DNA of 64,000 nt, from assembly GCA_015680685.1 (NCBI GenBank), contig MNCI01000472.1, positions 298,531 to 362,530 on the forward strand, given 5' to 3'. The translations under genes were made by a program, and so were the position numbers. Origin of the DNA: Gnetum montanum (Eukaryota; Plantae; Gnetophyta). Below, in pieces: positions 47,661-60,892 of the stretch; the first letter of the stretch is position 1; each line of letters begins with the position of its first letter. The notes under the pieces are model-generated. The model worked only from the letters and a program-made list of their open reading frames with translations. It searched no databases and was not told the DNA's origin.

Positions 47661-49679
47661 TAATTACAACATGATCAAGGATTAGCATTTGGTGTGTAAC
47701 TTTATAACACTTAAGTACCTTATCTCTTTGGATTAATTACACTTGGCTAAGTTTTGATAATGGTAAGTTTGATTATTTTAATATTATTTTATTTGAATGT
47801 CTACTAGAGTTTGTTGAAAAGATTTAACACCATTAAATTAGTGATTTTAATATTATCTTATTAGTTAAACCTTGTGGGAGTTAGAAAAAAAATTAAAGAA
47901 TTTTTGTCAAAAACCTAAGGTTTATGACCCCCACAATGTAGAGCTTACCTCCAATATTTGCAAGAACAAAAAAAGGAAAAAGAGGTTAATCATAAAATTG
48001 GTTTGAAAGAAATGGGCTCTAGAAGGTTTTGGGCTTTGAAAATTGCAAAACTCCTTCCCTATTTGAGAGAAAATGACAAAACTTTGATAAGTGTTGGATG
48101 TTATTTATAGAATATTTTCCTTGCATCGATAGGATTATGTCAATGTGGCTAGCTACATCAACGGGATCCCGTCAACGTAGTGAATAGACAAAATTTTCAT
48201 TATTAAAAATAAGGGGAAAACAAAGAGTTTTAACATGAAATTGAAGTCCAAAACAAGCCCAAGAATCCTAGAACATGATGAAATGCATGAAAAGGACTAG
48301 ATATTTCACAAAATAGGAGATTTAATTAGGAGAATAATAGAGAAATTCCATGAAGGAGTGCACAACTAGATGTAATAAACATGGAATGCAAAATATTTGA
48401 ATGCAAACATGCCTAAAGGATGAAGAACTTAACTAGCTAAACCAATGGGTATGCAAGTGGGTCCTCCCCATAGCAGGCTCATGCCCTTGATTCCCTTACA
48501 TGCCCTTAAACTAAGAAGTCCATGGGCCCCATGGGTGATTAATGGTTATGGTTAGTTAAGTATCAAATCACCAAAGAAACTATTAAAGAACTTTGACACA
48601 TCAAACTAAGACATTGAACAAAACATCAAAAGAGGCATTGAGGTGAGATATGGAAAGCATAGATGGATGAGGTGGAGAGTTGAATGGAGTCTCATATCAT
48701 GGTTACATGAAGTTCCTTGTTGATTTCATGGTTAATATGTCCTGATAACACCCATCCTTAGTCTAAATCAAAACCAACCACTTTTAGTGACTTTGCATCA
48801 ACACACTAAGAACAGTCCACCCCCTTAAGGCGCAAGAGCATCCCCATAGATCAATCACCATTCTTAAAAGAGAAGAAAAGTGAAGAAGGAAGTGGGATGG
48901 GCCTTAGTTAGAGGGGACCTTCAAGCATGGGTAACATGTATTTCTAATTCCATAACCAGTGCTTATAGCTTGTTTTTTTCCTAAGGGGTGTGCTTGGAAT
49001 TCCCATTATTATTTTTTTTTATGGGAACCACACCATGTAAAGACTTAACTTGCTATTATTGGTCAACAACAAAATGGCAAGAAATCCATGAAAAATTCAT
49101 GCACCCAAGAGGGTAGGAAAGTACAAAGATCATCAAATCCCCTTGAAGTTACATCCTTATCTATCCATTTAATCCTTCCTAAGTTTGAAAACTACCAAGG
49201 CCACAAGTTCTTTTAAAAAGTTTCATTTAATAAGGGACCGCATATTTCCAAAATAAGGAAATGCCATAGAGCTTCATGAATGGGTGGATGACATGGACTC
49301 ACTACCTATTATCATGAAAAAGAAACCATGTCTTAGTTATTAACACCAAAATTCAAAGATAGAATCTAGACATTAGCAATCAAATAACATTACACTATAA
49401 ACTACCACCAATTGACAACTGTAGTTGCAATTAGTCTTGGCAACAATAAAGAAGAAAAATAAAATTTAAAAAAATCATAGAATAAATCCAACCCAATTAA
49501 AGTAAAATATAGAATAAAGTGTAAAATATTTAAGAAATGGAAGATGTACTAAAAATAATGTAAAACAAAAAAAAAGAAAAAAAAATGAGAAGCCACACGT
49601 TTGATTAACATGGATGGTCATCTCCTCCATGACTGAGTTGGAAGGAGGAGATTCAAAAAATTATGCATGCATGTCCATC

Positions 49680-51270
49680 CATTTAGGTATTTTTGTCACC
49701 GGCTCTTTTGGGTTCATGGAAGGGTTTTATTTGTTGCATTTTGACCAGAAACTTTTTATTTGAGCTTTTAGGTTTGTATATTAACATGGCCCTAGAGGAA
49801 AAGGTTTCATAGATAATATAAGGCCCCTCCCACAACATTTGGAACTTGGTTCTTTATGGCATGTGTGTGGGATTTTGGTATAGGATCCTATATCCTAGTT
49901 GAAATTTTACTTTCCTAATTCTAAGATCATGTCATTTCTTGTTGAATGTCTTGTGCACATCATTAGATGACAAGGCTACCAAATGATTCTTGTCTAACAA
50001 GTTTAGATTCATTAGTATTTCCTTTTGTGCTAGACTTAGGTTAAGGTCAACATTACAAGTTGTTGATAATGTATAGAGCTTTATTTGGATTGGAAGTGTT
50101 GGTAATTTTCCATACACAAGCTTATAGGAAGAGTAGCCAATAGGAAGCTTCCAAGTGGACTAGTAGGTCTAAAGGGAATCATTGAATTTTGTGCCCTAGT
50201 CTCTCCTATATTTACTAATAGTTCTTGTTAGTATTTTTGTAATTTCTCTATTTGTAACCTCTACTTGATTGTTGGCTTGGGGGGGTAGTAAGGTGTTATT
50301 AATTTATGTTCAACTCCCAAACATTGCATGAGTTTTTGAAAGGTAGTGCTTGTGAAATGAGTAACATTATTAGAAATAAGTGTATGCAACACCCCAAACC
50401 TATTTACAACATATTTTTTGTACAAACAAAGCAATCATAGAAGATGTGCAATTGATGATGGCTGCAAATTTTACCCATTTTGTATAGTAGTTAACAACTA
50501 CTATAATATACTCCTTTCTACTTGACATGGGAGTGATAAAATCCATGAAGTTAATGCCCCAAATATTGAAGGGCTTTAGTGGTTGGATCCACTACTAAGG
50601 CTTCCCCATATGAGCGGTCATTCCACCATCATGTTGGTAATGTTCACAGTAGTGGATGAAGTGGTGAGAATCCCTAAAAAGTGTTGGCCAATAATACCCT
50701 ATCATGAGTATCTTGATGGTTGTGCATCTCCCAACATAGTGGCTTCCACAAGAACCCTCATGAGCATCTTCGAGCATGTGTAGTTGATTAGCATCAGGTA
50801 CTACCAACGAACTAGGCCATTAGTGCACACCTTATAAAGGTGTCCATTGATTTTCATGAAGTGCTTTTCTTAGTGAAGAAACTATTGTTCCACTCCTGTG
50901 ACATCTCCTAAGTAAGCAGGTAGATGAGAAAGTCATTGTACTAGTTTTTTGCAATGGGCATTTGTTCAGTTATAACACTGACAAAGAGGATTTCATCAGG
51001 AAACTGATCTAAAAGTGGTTTCTCCTCCTCTTTGTTGTACCATATCAATTGAGACAAGTGATCAGTGACCACATTCTTGGTTCCCTTTTTATCTATCATA
51101 GTGTGATCAAATTCTTGTAGGATCACTAGCCATCATATGACACAGAGACTCACCGTTGGCTTATTCATTAGGAACTGGATTGCACTATGGTCTGTGTGTG
51201 CAAACACCTTGTACAAAAGCACATGGTGCCTAAATTTTCCCAAGAAAAACATCATCATCATTATATCTTT
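49680..51270 (-). pseudogene. H RNase H C-terminus and integrase remnant
   Basis: LQEFDHTMIDKKGTKNVVTDHLS, HEGSCGSHY..GYYWPTLFRD..CEHYQ, YGKLPTLPIQI, WEGPYII. Confidence 0.9.
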
Positions 51271-51934
51271 CTCCATTATGATGTAGATGTTAAATTTAAA
51301 GGTATATGCTTACATTAAACTATCCCCACAGGTGGTAGTACAAGCCTATGAAATTATTTTGGTTACAACATTTCTATCTTGTAAGCATGGACATCACTTA
51401 TTTTGGTGTGATTTTAGGTTAGTGGAAAATTTTCTTTTGCCTTTGCAAATTCGAAATGCCCTTATTCTAATAAAATTAGAAAATGTCTTTTTCAACTTAG
51501 TAGACTTTGATCATGAGCAAAAAAGTTAAAGAACATGAAAAAAGAGCCATCAGGGTTCACATCAATTGGTTGTTGTGGTTTTTTGTCAGCTTAACTTCTT
51601 TGAACTTATTTGTAGTTCTTTGGAATTTGGAATTGAAGTAAAAAAAAAAGATACCTTAACTACAATTATTAGTGTATGGAAACGATGCTTATTACAGGGG
51701 TGAGTGTACCTTTCACATCCATTAGCATTTTTTGTCAAGTTAGAATAGTTTCGTTTGATATCATACAAAATATAGATTTGATATTTTATTGCTCAAACTT
51801 TAGCCTTTAACCTTCAGCCTTTATGCAAATTAATGGTAAATATTATTTTAGTCTTTTTGGAGTGCTTTTGCACAAATATTTAAGTGAAATGATCTGAAAT
51901 TGTGAAAGTAATAATTGAATCAATTTTCAACCAA

Positions 51935-52095
51935 CCATACCTACTACCTTGACTTTTGATAATCACTTTTAATTATAGGTACCTTAAAATTTTCTTAATC
52001 ATTTTTGTTAATTTTTTTTACTTACCATACCTACTACCTTGACTTTAGTTATTTTTTCTTTAGTAACTATATCTGCTACCTTCACTTTTGTTACT
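51935..52095. repeat. Three dispersed copies of CATACCTACTACCTTGACTTT
   Basis: Copies near 51936, 52026 and 52068. Confidence 0.7.
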
Positions 52096-53565
52096 TTTTC
52101 TTTAGGATTCACATAAGATAGGGTAATCATTTAATCATTTTGATATATGTTAATCATTTGTCTATCTATTTTGTACTTTTCATGACAACTTTCTTCTCCA
52201 ATATGTCGTAAATAAAAAAACATTTTCCAGAAAGGAACTTCTTTACTTTATCTTCATTATGTAGACCTTTATGTAATCATCTTTGTGCAAATATTTCTCT
52301 ATCTTCTATCCTCTAAATAGAAACCAAGCTACAAATTTTCCAAGATGACTTTTGATGTGATCCTTGAGCATAGAAATGCTAGTTTCTACTAGCTCATTTG
52401 AATAGATCTTTCTAGCACACCATTAGAAAAAAGGAAAAATAAAAAAGATAGCTTCTACAAGAGGTTCACTATCATGATGTTTGATCATGGGGAAGACACA
52501 TGAAAAAATAAGAGAAAACTATCTTTGTCCTGGTGCATTCATATCCTAAAATTATGCTTAGAAGACGAGGATCATGAGGTGTATTTTGTGTTTTTTTATA
52601 CCTTTGCAAATTATATTTTACTATCTTTTTGACAATAGCCTCATTCTATTTTCTACTAGTTAATTGTATATTCCTTGGTCACTCTACTAATAGTTGTTAA
52701 GGCTTTGCATATGTGCAACTAGATACATGTTATTTGCAATTGGCATATCATAAGTTCAATTTTAACAAGAATGCTAATTTGACACATTGTTATATTTAAA
52801 TAAAAAATTATAAAATTTTGTGTTCATTATATGTCTTGGAGCTATACATGGTAATCTAGTTTTAATTCTAGCCCTTCCTCCCCATACCACAAGCAACACA
52901 TGCATGAAAGGATGTCTACCTAGACATTAATTGTTATAGGAAGCTCCTACAATATCTTTTAAGTTTGGTGGAATGAGTAGATCCCTAATTGACCTAAGTT
53001 GGCTATAATTATAGTTACAGTTTACCTCCACCACCTTTTCTACAACCTCACTCTTTTGGATTTTATAGAATTTTTTTAAATTCCATGACACAATGCTACT
53101 CACTTTAAATCTAACTTCAGGTTTATAAACTAACATTTTTATCACTAAGTTTAACACCTCATTGTTTAATGTCATAACATTGAGAAACTATTCTACCACA
53201 ACTTATGTGTCAAGATGCTTGGGCCTATGTTAAAAGAGAGGCTATTAAAAGATCTCATCTATTGTGATTTTTGGAATAGGTTCACTGAGGCCATTAAATT
53301 GATTAAAATTAGTGAAATATAAATTTAATAAAAATTACTTTAACATTTAAGTGTTAGTTTAGTGGTAGAGTCTCGTATTAGGTTTGATTTTAACATATAT
53401 AATTTTTATGAAGCATACCTTATCCAACTAAAAGTACTATGTTTAATGTTCAATACCACTAGCACCACTACTAACTTGATGGTAATTCTTCCTTGCAAAT
53501 AAAACATTGATCACACTATTGAACCTTTTGAAAAACACTTTCCCAAAGAACTAAGTAGAACCATA

Positions 53566-53657
53566 CATGTTGTACCAAAAATAATTATTTCAGATAGATG
53601 TGAAAAATACCCTGCATGTTGTACCAAAAATAATTATTTCAGATAGATATGAAAAAT
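53566..53657. repeat. 49-bp tandem duplication
   Basis: CATGTTGTACCAAAAATAATTATTTCAGATAGAT at 53566 and 53615. Confidence 0.9.
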
Positions 53658-54280
53658 TTTCATTGACCATAGCATTAGCAAAATTTAAGTGGCACCCTGT
53701 AACCTTCATGCATACTAAACATAATCATTTTGAAAAGATATGAAAAATTTTCACCTAGCATAACATTAGTAGCAACCTTCATGTGTAGTTGTGTGTTGAA
53801 AATGTTGGCCATGGTTATCATGATAAAATAGCTGTGAAGTGGCAAATCATAGCAATGAATTAGCAATTTATTATTCATGAACTACATTTTCTGTTTCTAC
53901 CATCTGATAGTTTTAGAATTTTCCCTAAAGATGAGATAAGACTTCTAAATGTATTGTGAAGATCTATCTCAGTTAATTTTAGATGTTTCCAATTCTATAA
54001 CCCTAGATGTGGCTATTTAAGTCTGTCTTGGGATTGGTCATATACACAAGAGTTGAGAGTTGAATCTCTGTGATTTCCAAGAAATACAATAAAACTTTCT
54101 ATTATTGTTTTTTGATTTTCTACATCTACAGAAGAAGATTAAGTTGTTTTACTCTATCAGAAGGGACCTCCCTCATCTCAATTTAGATCCCTCATATATC
54201 CCCTTTCCATAATAATGGTATCAAAGCCCAGGTTCATACTTCACGGAAGTGTTTCAGATCATGCATACAAAGTTTCCAAA

Positions 54281-55060
54281 ATGGATAGAAAATAAAAAAT
54301 AGAGAAGTTCAATGGAAGCAACTTCACATTGTGGAAAATAAAGATACAGGCAATTTTGCATAAATATAATTACCTCGCGACTATTGGAGAAAGGCCGTGG
54401 GAGGTCATAGATGACAACAAGTGGAATGAAATGGATAGTAATGTTATTGCCAATTTACACTTGGCACTAGCAGATGGGGTTCTTTCAAGTATTGTAGAGA
54501 AGAAGAAAGTGAAGAAAATATGGGACACTCTAATGAAGTTGTACAAGGCTAAATCACTCCACAACAAAATCTTCTTGAAGAGAAGACTTTACACTCTTCG
54601 TATGGCAGAAACCTCATTGGTAACTAAACATATCAACACCCTAAATACTTTATTTACTCAACTCACATCATTGGATTATAAAGTAGATGCAGGTGAACAT
54701 GTAGAAATTCTACTTTAAAGTCTACCTGATTCATATCATCAACTCATCATTAACTTGATCAACAATGTCCTTCTAAATGATCTTGTCTTCGATGAGGTTG
54801 TAGTTGTGGTTCTTGAAGAAGAAAGTTGGTACAAGAACAAGGAAGATAGGTTGGCAAACAAGGTAGAGGCCTTAACAATGATGAGAGGGATATCCATGGA
54901 ATGTGATCCCAATTGGAACCAAATTCATGGTAGATCCAAGTCAAGAAGAAAAAAGAAAAAAATTACTTACTACAACTATGGAAAGAGAGGATACCTAAAG
55001 GAGTGTTGGAACAAGAAGAGTAATGAAAAGAATTCTCAAGGAAATATGGTGAGTACCTCA
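54281..55060 (+). pseudogene. gag: Copia I gag
   Basis: IEKFNGSNFTLWKIKIQAIL, ANLHLALADGVL, SLHNKIFLKRRLYTLRM, decayed zinc knuckle YYNYGKRGYLKEC. Confidence 0.9.
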
Positions 55061-55423
55061 CATCCATCTAAAAGTCCCGTACACTTTGGAGCTCTATTAT
55101 ATGGACCGCAGGATTGATGACTATCGTGCCTCTGCAGGAAAGGAAATCAAACTTTATCTTGTTGGCGAGCACTCAGAAGAATCTAATGATAGCACAGACA
55201 GCACGCCTAATGATTCTCCCGGACAATATGATTACAGCTCTGAAGACTTCCACAACCATGCAGACGATTCTGATGGACATAGTGTCGATTTTGGTCCAAA
55301 CAGTCCACCGTCATGTTAAAAATTTGTCTGCCACAATCTCTTAAAGTGGATCCGAATCCTAAAAAGTAGATCGTCCCAGTTGGCATCCATTAATGTAAGG
55401 CGGTTTGTAAGGCAGTTTGTAAG

Positions 55424-55773
55424 CTATAAATAGCAGTGTGTGTGTGTGTGTAAGGGAATATAGATGCAAGTAGCATAAGTGAGTCAAGTAGTCTGCAAGT
55501 GTGAGTTTATTTCTGCAAGAGTGAGTAGTTGTAAGGAGAAGATATTAGTTTCTTGATGCTCTCTGCTCAGAAACTAAGCATTCTCTCCGCCACTGAAAGA
55601 GAAATCATTCTGTGATGCGCTTTGCTCTAGAACAAGCATTCCTTTCAGTTCTGTAAATGTTGGTGTGTGCAATAAAATGATTTGTTTTGGCATATCTGTG
55701 TGTTATTTGGTCTGCATTCAAATGAGCGTATGTGTTATGTGAACGCTGCGTACTTTGAGGGTGGTATCAGAGC
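55424..55773 (+). promoter_or_regulatory. Viral intergenic region: TATA (55425), leader, AATAAA (55671), tRNA-Met PBS (55762)
   Basis: CTATAAATAG, TGTAA upstream element plus AATAAA, and TGGTATCAGAGC in the order expected for a caulimovirid pregenomic RNA. Confidence 0.85.
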
Positions 55774-55838
55774 CTTTGAGGATTTGGGATTTGGGATATG
55801 GCATATCTGTGTGCAATAGTACTTTCTCTGGTGTGTAA

Positions 55839-56460
55839 GCAGGTTATCAATATATCCATCTTGCTGAAATTGTTATTCACCTTCATCCACACTTCAACTA
55901 TCGTCTCAAAAAGCCTTACTGGATTGCATTAATAGATAGGAGATTTAAATCGTTTCAAGAAGCCATTATAACCGAAGCTAATGGTAGATTAGTATCCGAT
56001 GCTCTGATTATAGCGATTCCTAACTTTACTCTCTCGCTTTCAGATCGGCATTTGTTTAATAGTTTAATGCTTATTACTTATATTCCCGTTGATATTGTAG
56101 ATCGTAGTGTTTATTGCACAATAGGTACAAGGTTAAGTTTTAAATTATTTAGTTCAGTCAGTATCCAAACACTCTTACCTTTTGGCCAACAAGCTCTCTC
56201 TGTTGGTTCAACAAATTTAGAATATAGGACACAGATTAACACAGGAGATCTTCCGATCCATAGGCTCTTCCCAGACCTAGAAGATCCTTTAAAAGAATAC
56301 TATGAGCAAAAAAGACCTAAAAAATCTTTATTCAGATCATCATCCAAATCTCGAAAATACTATGTAGAACTACAACCACCAAAACTCCTTCCTTATGATC
56401 CATAAGCTCCCAAACCTGTAAAACCCACAAAACCATTAATCCTGTTTAAAAAAAAAAATC
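55839..56460 (+). pseudogene. Viral 30K-family movement protein domain
   Basis: Frame of ORF 56052 extends upstream: GYQYIHLAEIVIHLHP..IALIDRRFKSFQEAII..PNFTLSLSD; no in-frame ATG. Confidence 0.8.
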
Positions 56461-56494
56461 AACTTATGAAGAATAGGAGGAGAAAATACAAAAG

Positions 56495-59400
56495 ATGGGA
56501 AAAATGTTCAAAGAACTAGGTATCACTTTAGATCCTAGGAGAGTCATAAAACAAAAGGGAGAAAAACCTGTACCCATTACTGAACAATCAGAAACAGATC
56601 AAAAAGGAAAAATAGTTTTAGAAGATGTCTCTACATCTAGTGCTAGTTCTGACGATGATGTATCATGCTCAATTAAACCATCACAAAGTTGTACACATAA
56701 GAATATACATAAGATAGATCATGACATTAGGTGTGTTGATTGTGATGAGTTATTAAGGATCAACATGAATACGGAAGAACAAAAAGAAGTAGCACATATG
56801 ATGCAATACAAGCCATCTATAGAACAACCCTCTGAAGTCATTAAACTCCATAACTGGACTAACCATAAGTTATCCTATGTAAGTGACCAAAATTTAATGA
56901 CATATGCAGAAGTAAAAGAAGTACAAAGAGACGTACAAGATTTGCATAAGATATGGGTTCCTAAGAAAAAAAATGGAAAATCTAAAGGTAAAGAAAAGAA
57001 ACTTGATCCGTCTGATCTAGATGGTATTTACTTAGATTCACCACCTATCACTCCTCCTAAAGGAAAGAAAAAATCAACAACAACTTATGTACCAAAAAGA
57101 CGACCGGTACATACAATTCCAAAATCTGAAAAAGGGAAAAAAGAGGAGGAAGAGATTAATGCTAATGAAGAAGATAACGAGACCCTTTATATTGGAAGTG
57201 AAGGATCTTTAGATGAAGAAGAAAAGAAAATGTTACAAAAACAAGGTATGATCTTCCAAGATCCTAAAGACTTGACAGCTATGCAAATCCGAAAGACATC
57301 AGAAAAACCACCACCATATTTTAGTATGGACAACAAATCTATTAGAGAAAGACAAAAAGAGATTGATAAAATCAGTGGTTTCATCGCTAGACAAATTGTC
57401 TTAGAAAAGAAAACATATGAACATGCCATACTCAACGCAACGTTAAATTTCGAAGGTATGTTAAAACGTTGGTGGAATTTCATAGAAGCTCCCGTACGTA
57501 AAAAATTATTAAACAATCCGCATGTTATTTTCTTAAATGCTATTACGAAAGAATTCTTAGGAAATAAAGCTGATAGGGATAGTGCATATAGGACGTTGTT
57601 TTATAGTTCAAGATTACATAAGATTCAGGACATGTCTCCATTCCTTGACATCATGGAAGAATGGTATTATTATGGAAAACTCATACATGACGTAGGTGCA
57701 AAAGAACATCTGTTAGGATGTCTTCCAACGCCTTTTGCTAGTTATTATCGAGCTCAACTTCAACATGAAGAAAAGGATCTCGAGGAAATGAGTTTTAGTG
57801 CCATCCGCCAATTCCTTGAAAAAGTCACAAGGGATCTGTGTGTCCAGCAAAAAACACAAAAATTAGTAGGATCCTTAACTAAACAAATAGGTAAAGACTT
57901 ATGTTTATAAATGTGTCCTGAAGATAATTTTGGACAGCTAAGTAGGAATAGAAAACAACAGACTGAGCCATGTGTATGTAAACCTACACAATGTACATCA
58001 CAGAAATATTCAAAACCAAAGAAAGTCTAGAAACGAAAATTTCAGCCAAAAATCAAACGAAAAAATTGGCCACAAAAACCTTTTAAAGGTATGTTTAAAC
58101 GAAAACAAGGGCCATATAAAAACAAGGAAGTCAGATGTTTCATTTGTTTAGGGAAGCATTATTCTAACCAATGCCCAAAAAAGGATAATCATCCTCAACG
58201 CATCAATTTCATCGAAACAATGAAACTTACGGAAGATGATTTTTTCCTGACATATGATTCTGACTTATCATTTTCAAACGGGGATATTTACTTAGAATCT
58301 TCAGATCAATATTCCAGTGAAATGGAATTCGAAGATATTCCTGACTATCCCAACGAACCAGGTGATTTAAATTATGATACAGATTCTTCAGGGTATATGT
58401 ATCATGTTTACATGAATGAAGAATCAGAAAGTGATGATCTCTATGAAAGAGATCCAACATATTCCATGTTAAAAACCCAACTACGCCAATTAGAAAAGAA
58501 ATGGCAAAAGGTTCCTTTAGAAGAATTACATAAATTTAGGGCTTACAAACACAAAGTAAAATCTAAACGAAATGAGATAGAAACACATAAGCAAATGCTC
58601 GAGGAATCATTCGGTATATATCAAGATTCCCAGAATCCAAATATTGTAGACTTTAAAGATGAAACAAAAACACCACATAATGAAGAAAGAGAAGTTACAC
58701 CAGATATACAAACTTCTATGTGGCGACAATTTCGCATCAAACAACTAAAGAAGTATCTTCAACAGGCCTCAAAGGAACTTGAACGCTTAGAACAACAAGA
58801 AGAGAGTTGGCAACAAGCAGAATATGAAAAGGAAACAAAACAGGTAAGCGTAATACTAGAAGTAAACTGTAATACTTCACGACCAATCTTACCTGCCTGT
58901 TCCTTTATGATATCATGGCCTAAGTATCATAGGTATACTATAGATTTTTTATTTGACACAGGCGCAGAAGTATCACTTGCTAGAGAAGAAACAATTCCAA
59001 CATGTTTTTGGGAAGAAAAGGAACCATCTCACATTTCCTTCAACACCCAGAAAAGGTTGTTAACAAAGCAAGCTAAGTTACCTATTCTAATGCCTGATAA
59101 AAAGATAATGTATTTTACAGTCTGTCAATTTCCCTCACCTTCTTATGATTGTTTAATAGGATCAAACAATTTACAAAATTTTGATATTACGATTACCAAA
59201 CAATTTATCAAATTAAACTAAGATGAGTTTACTAGGATAAATGCTAGACAACAATTTAGAAGTCAAAAAATCCAAAAATATAATCAAAAAAGGGAAACTT
59301 GGATTGTTAACCAAATTGAAAAATATCAACCAAGTTTTGAAGACATAAAAACTCAATTATTCCAATTCGCAAATGACGACCCTACTATATTTCGTCACAA

Positions 59401-60670
59401 AAAAGAACATTGGTGTCAGATCGAATTACAAGATGGAGTAAAAGTAAAGTCTACTGCACAACATATAGGAATGTCTCCTAATCTCAGAAAAGAATGTGAA
59501 TCTGAGATCAAAGAATATTTACAAAGAGGTTTAATCCGACCAAGCACCAGTATGTTTGCTTGTGCGGCTTTCTTTGTAAACAAACGAGCCGAATTAGTCA
59601 GAGGGAAAAAACATTTAGTGGAAAATTATAAACCTCCGAATGATATTATTAAATCATTTCAACATCCCATTCCAAATAAAGACGATCTGTTTCAACGACT
59701 ACCGCATACTAATATTTACTCCAAGTTTGATTTAAAATCAGGATTTTGGCAGATCCAGGTTCAGGAATCTGATCGTTGGAAAACAGCTTTCACAGTACCC
59801 GGCGGGTTATATGAATGCAACGTCTTGCCGTTCGGCATCAAAACTGCTCCATCCATATTACAAAAGATGATGGACTCTATTTTCCATTCTTATCCGTTTA
59901 TATTAGCTTACATAGATGATATTTTAGTTCTTAGCAAATCAGTAAAAGAACATCTAGATCATTTGCGTATTTTTTCTGACCTCATAGATAAAAATGGACT
60001 TGTCCTCTCACCAACAAAAATGAAGATCGGACAGTCTAATATCGAATTTTTAGGTTTAGAAATCTCTGCCGGTATTATAAAATTACAACCGCATATAGTC
60101 CAAAGTATTATTAAGTTTCCTGATATCTTAGAGAATAAAGTCCAGATACAACGATTTTTAGGATGTATAAATTATGTTTCTGGTTTCTTTAAGAATATAG
60201 CTAAGGAAAGAGATGTATTAAATATATTATTACAAAAACATTCTCCTCCATGGACTCCTACATGCACTGAGGCTGTAAAAAAGATCAAGCAAGCATGCCA
60301 AGAATTACCTCCGCTCTTTCTTCCAGGAGAAGGTAAATTTATCCTTAAAACAGATGCCTCTGAATGTTTTTGGGACGCCACTCTAAAACAAGAACAAAAC
60401 CATACGATCAGGATCTGTAGATATGCTTCTGGAAAGTTCAATGAAGCACAACAGAAATATCACAGTTCTCACAAAGAACTTCTAGCCATTGTCAAGGGCA
60501 TAGAAAAATTCCTTCTATTCCTCCAACCACAACGTTTCATCGTCCGGAGTGATTTAAAACATTTTGATAAGTATCTACAATCCAAAAATCTTACAAAGGT
60601 GTCTCATACACGTTTGATCCGATGGAGTTTATTTTTAGCAAACTTTGAATTCGATAGTGAGTATACTGAA
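56495..60670 (+). pseudogene. Viral polyprotein: coat protein, zinc knuckle, aspartic protease, RT, RNase H (single frame, several stops)
   Basis: ORFs 56495, 58091 and 59471 share one frame; CFICLGKHYSNQC, FLFDTGAEVS, YSKFDLKSGFWQI, YIDDILVLS, LKTDASE, KELLAIV. Confidence 0.93.
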
Positions 60671-60864
60671 CTTGACTCACTTATGCTACTTGCATCTATA
60701 TGCCCTTACGCACACACACACTGCTATTTATAGCTTACAAACCGCCTTACATTAATGGATGCCAACTGGGACGATCTACTTTTTAGGATTCGGATCCACT
60801 TTAAGAGATTGTGGCAGACAACTTTTTAACGTGACGGTGGACTGTTGGACCAAAATCGACACTA
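60670..60864 (-). repeat. Inverted copy of the viral promoter region
   Basis: Reverse complement of about 55280-55489, including the TATA box and following leader start. Confidence 0.92.
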
Positions 60865-60892
60865 GTACTAATGAATTTTAGTTTTATTTTCA

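Larger units (their letters stand above)
43734..51285 (-). mobile_element. Element H: 5'-truncated old Athila element related to C
   Basis: 3' LTR 43734-44572 with the same TGATGAG/CTCATCA ends and PPT context as C; RH-INT remnants, env-like ORF, and non-coding blocks homologous to C 11170-12470. Confidence 0.88.

Noticed and set aside
52927-53175. Kinase C-lobe-like peptide LVIKMLVYKPEVRF
   Set aside because: No other kinase motifs nearby; too short to support.
56444-56460. Programmed -1 frameshift between MP and CP at the TTT-A12 run
   Set aside because: Homopolymer slippage or sequencing error is simpler in a copy with many other lesions.
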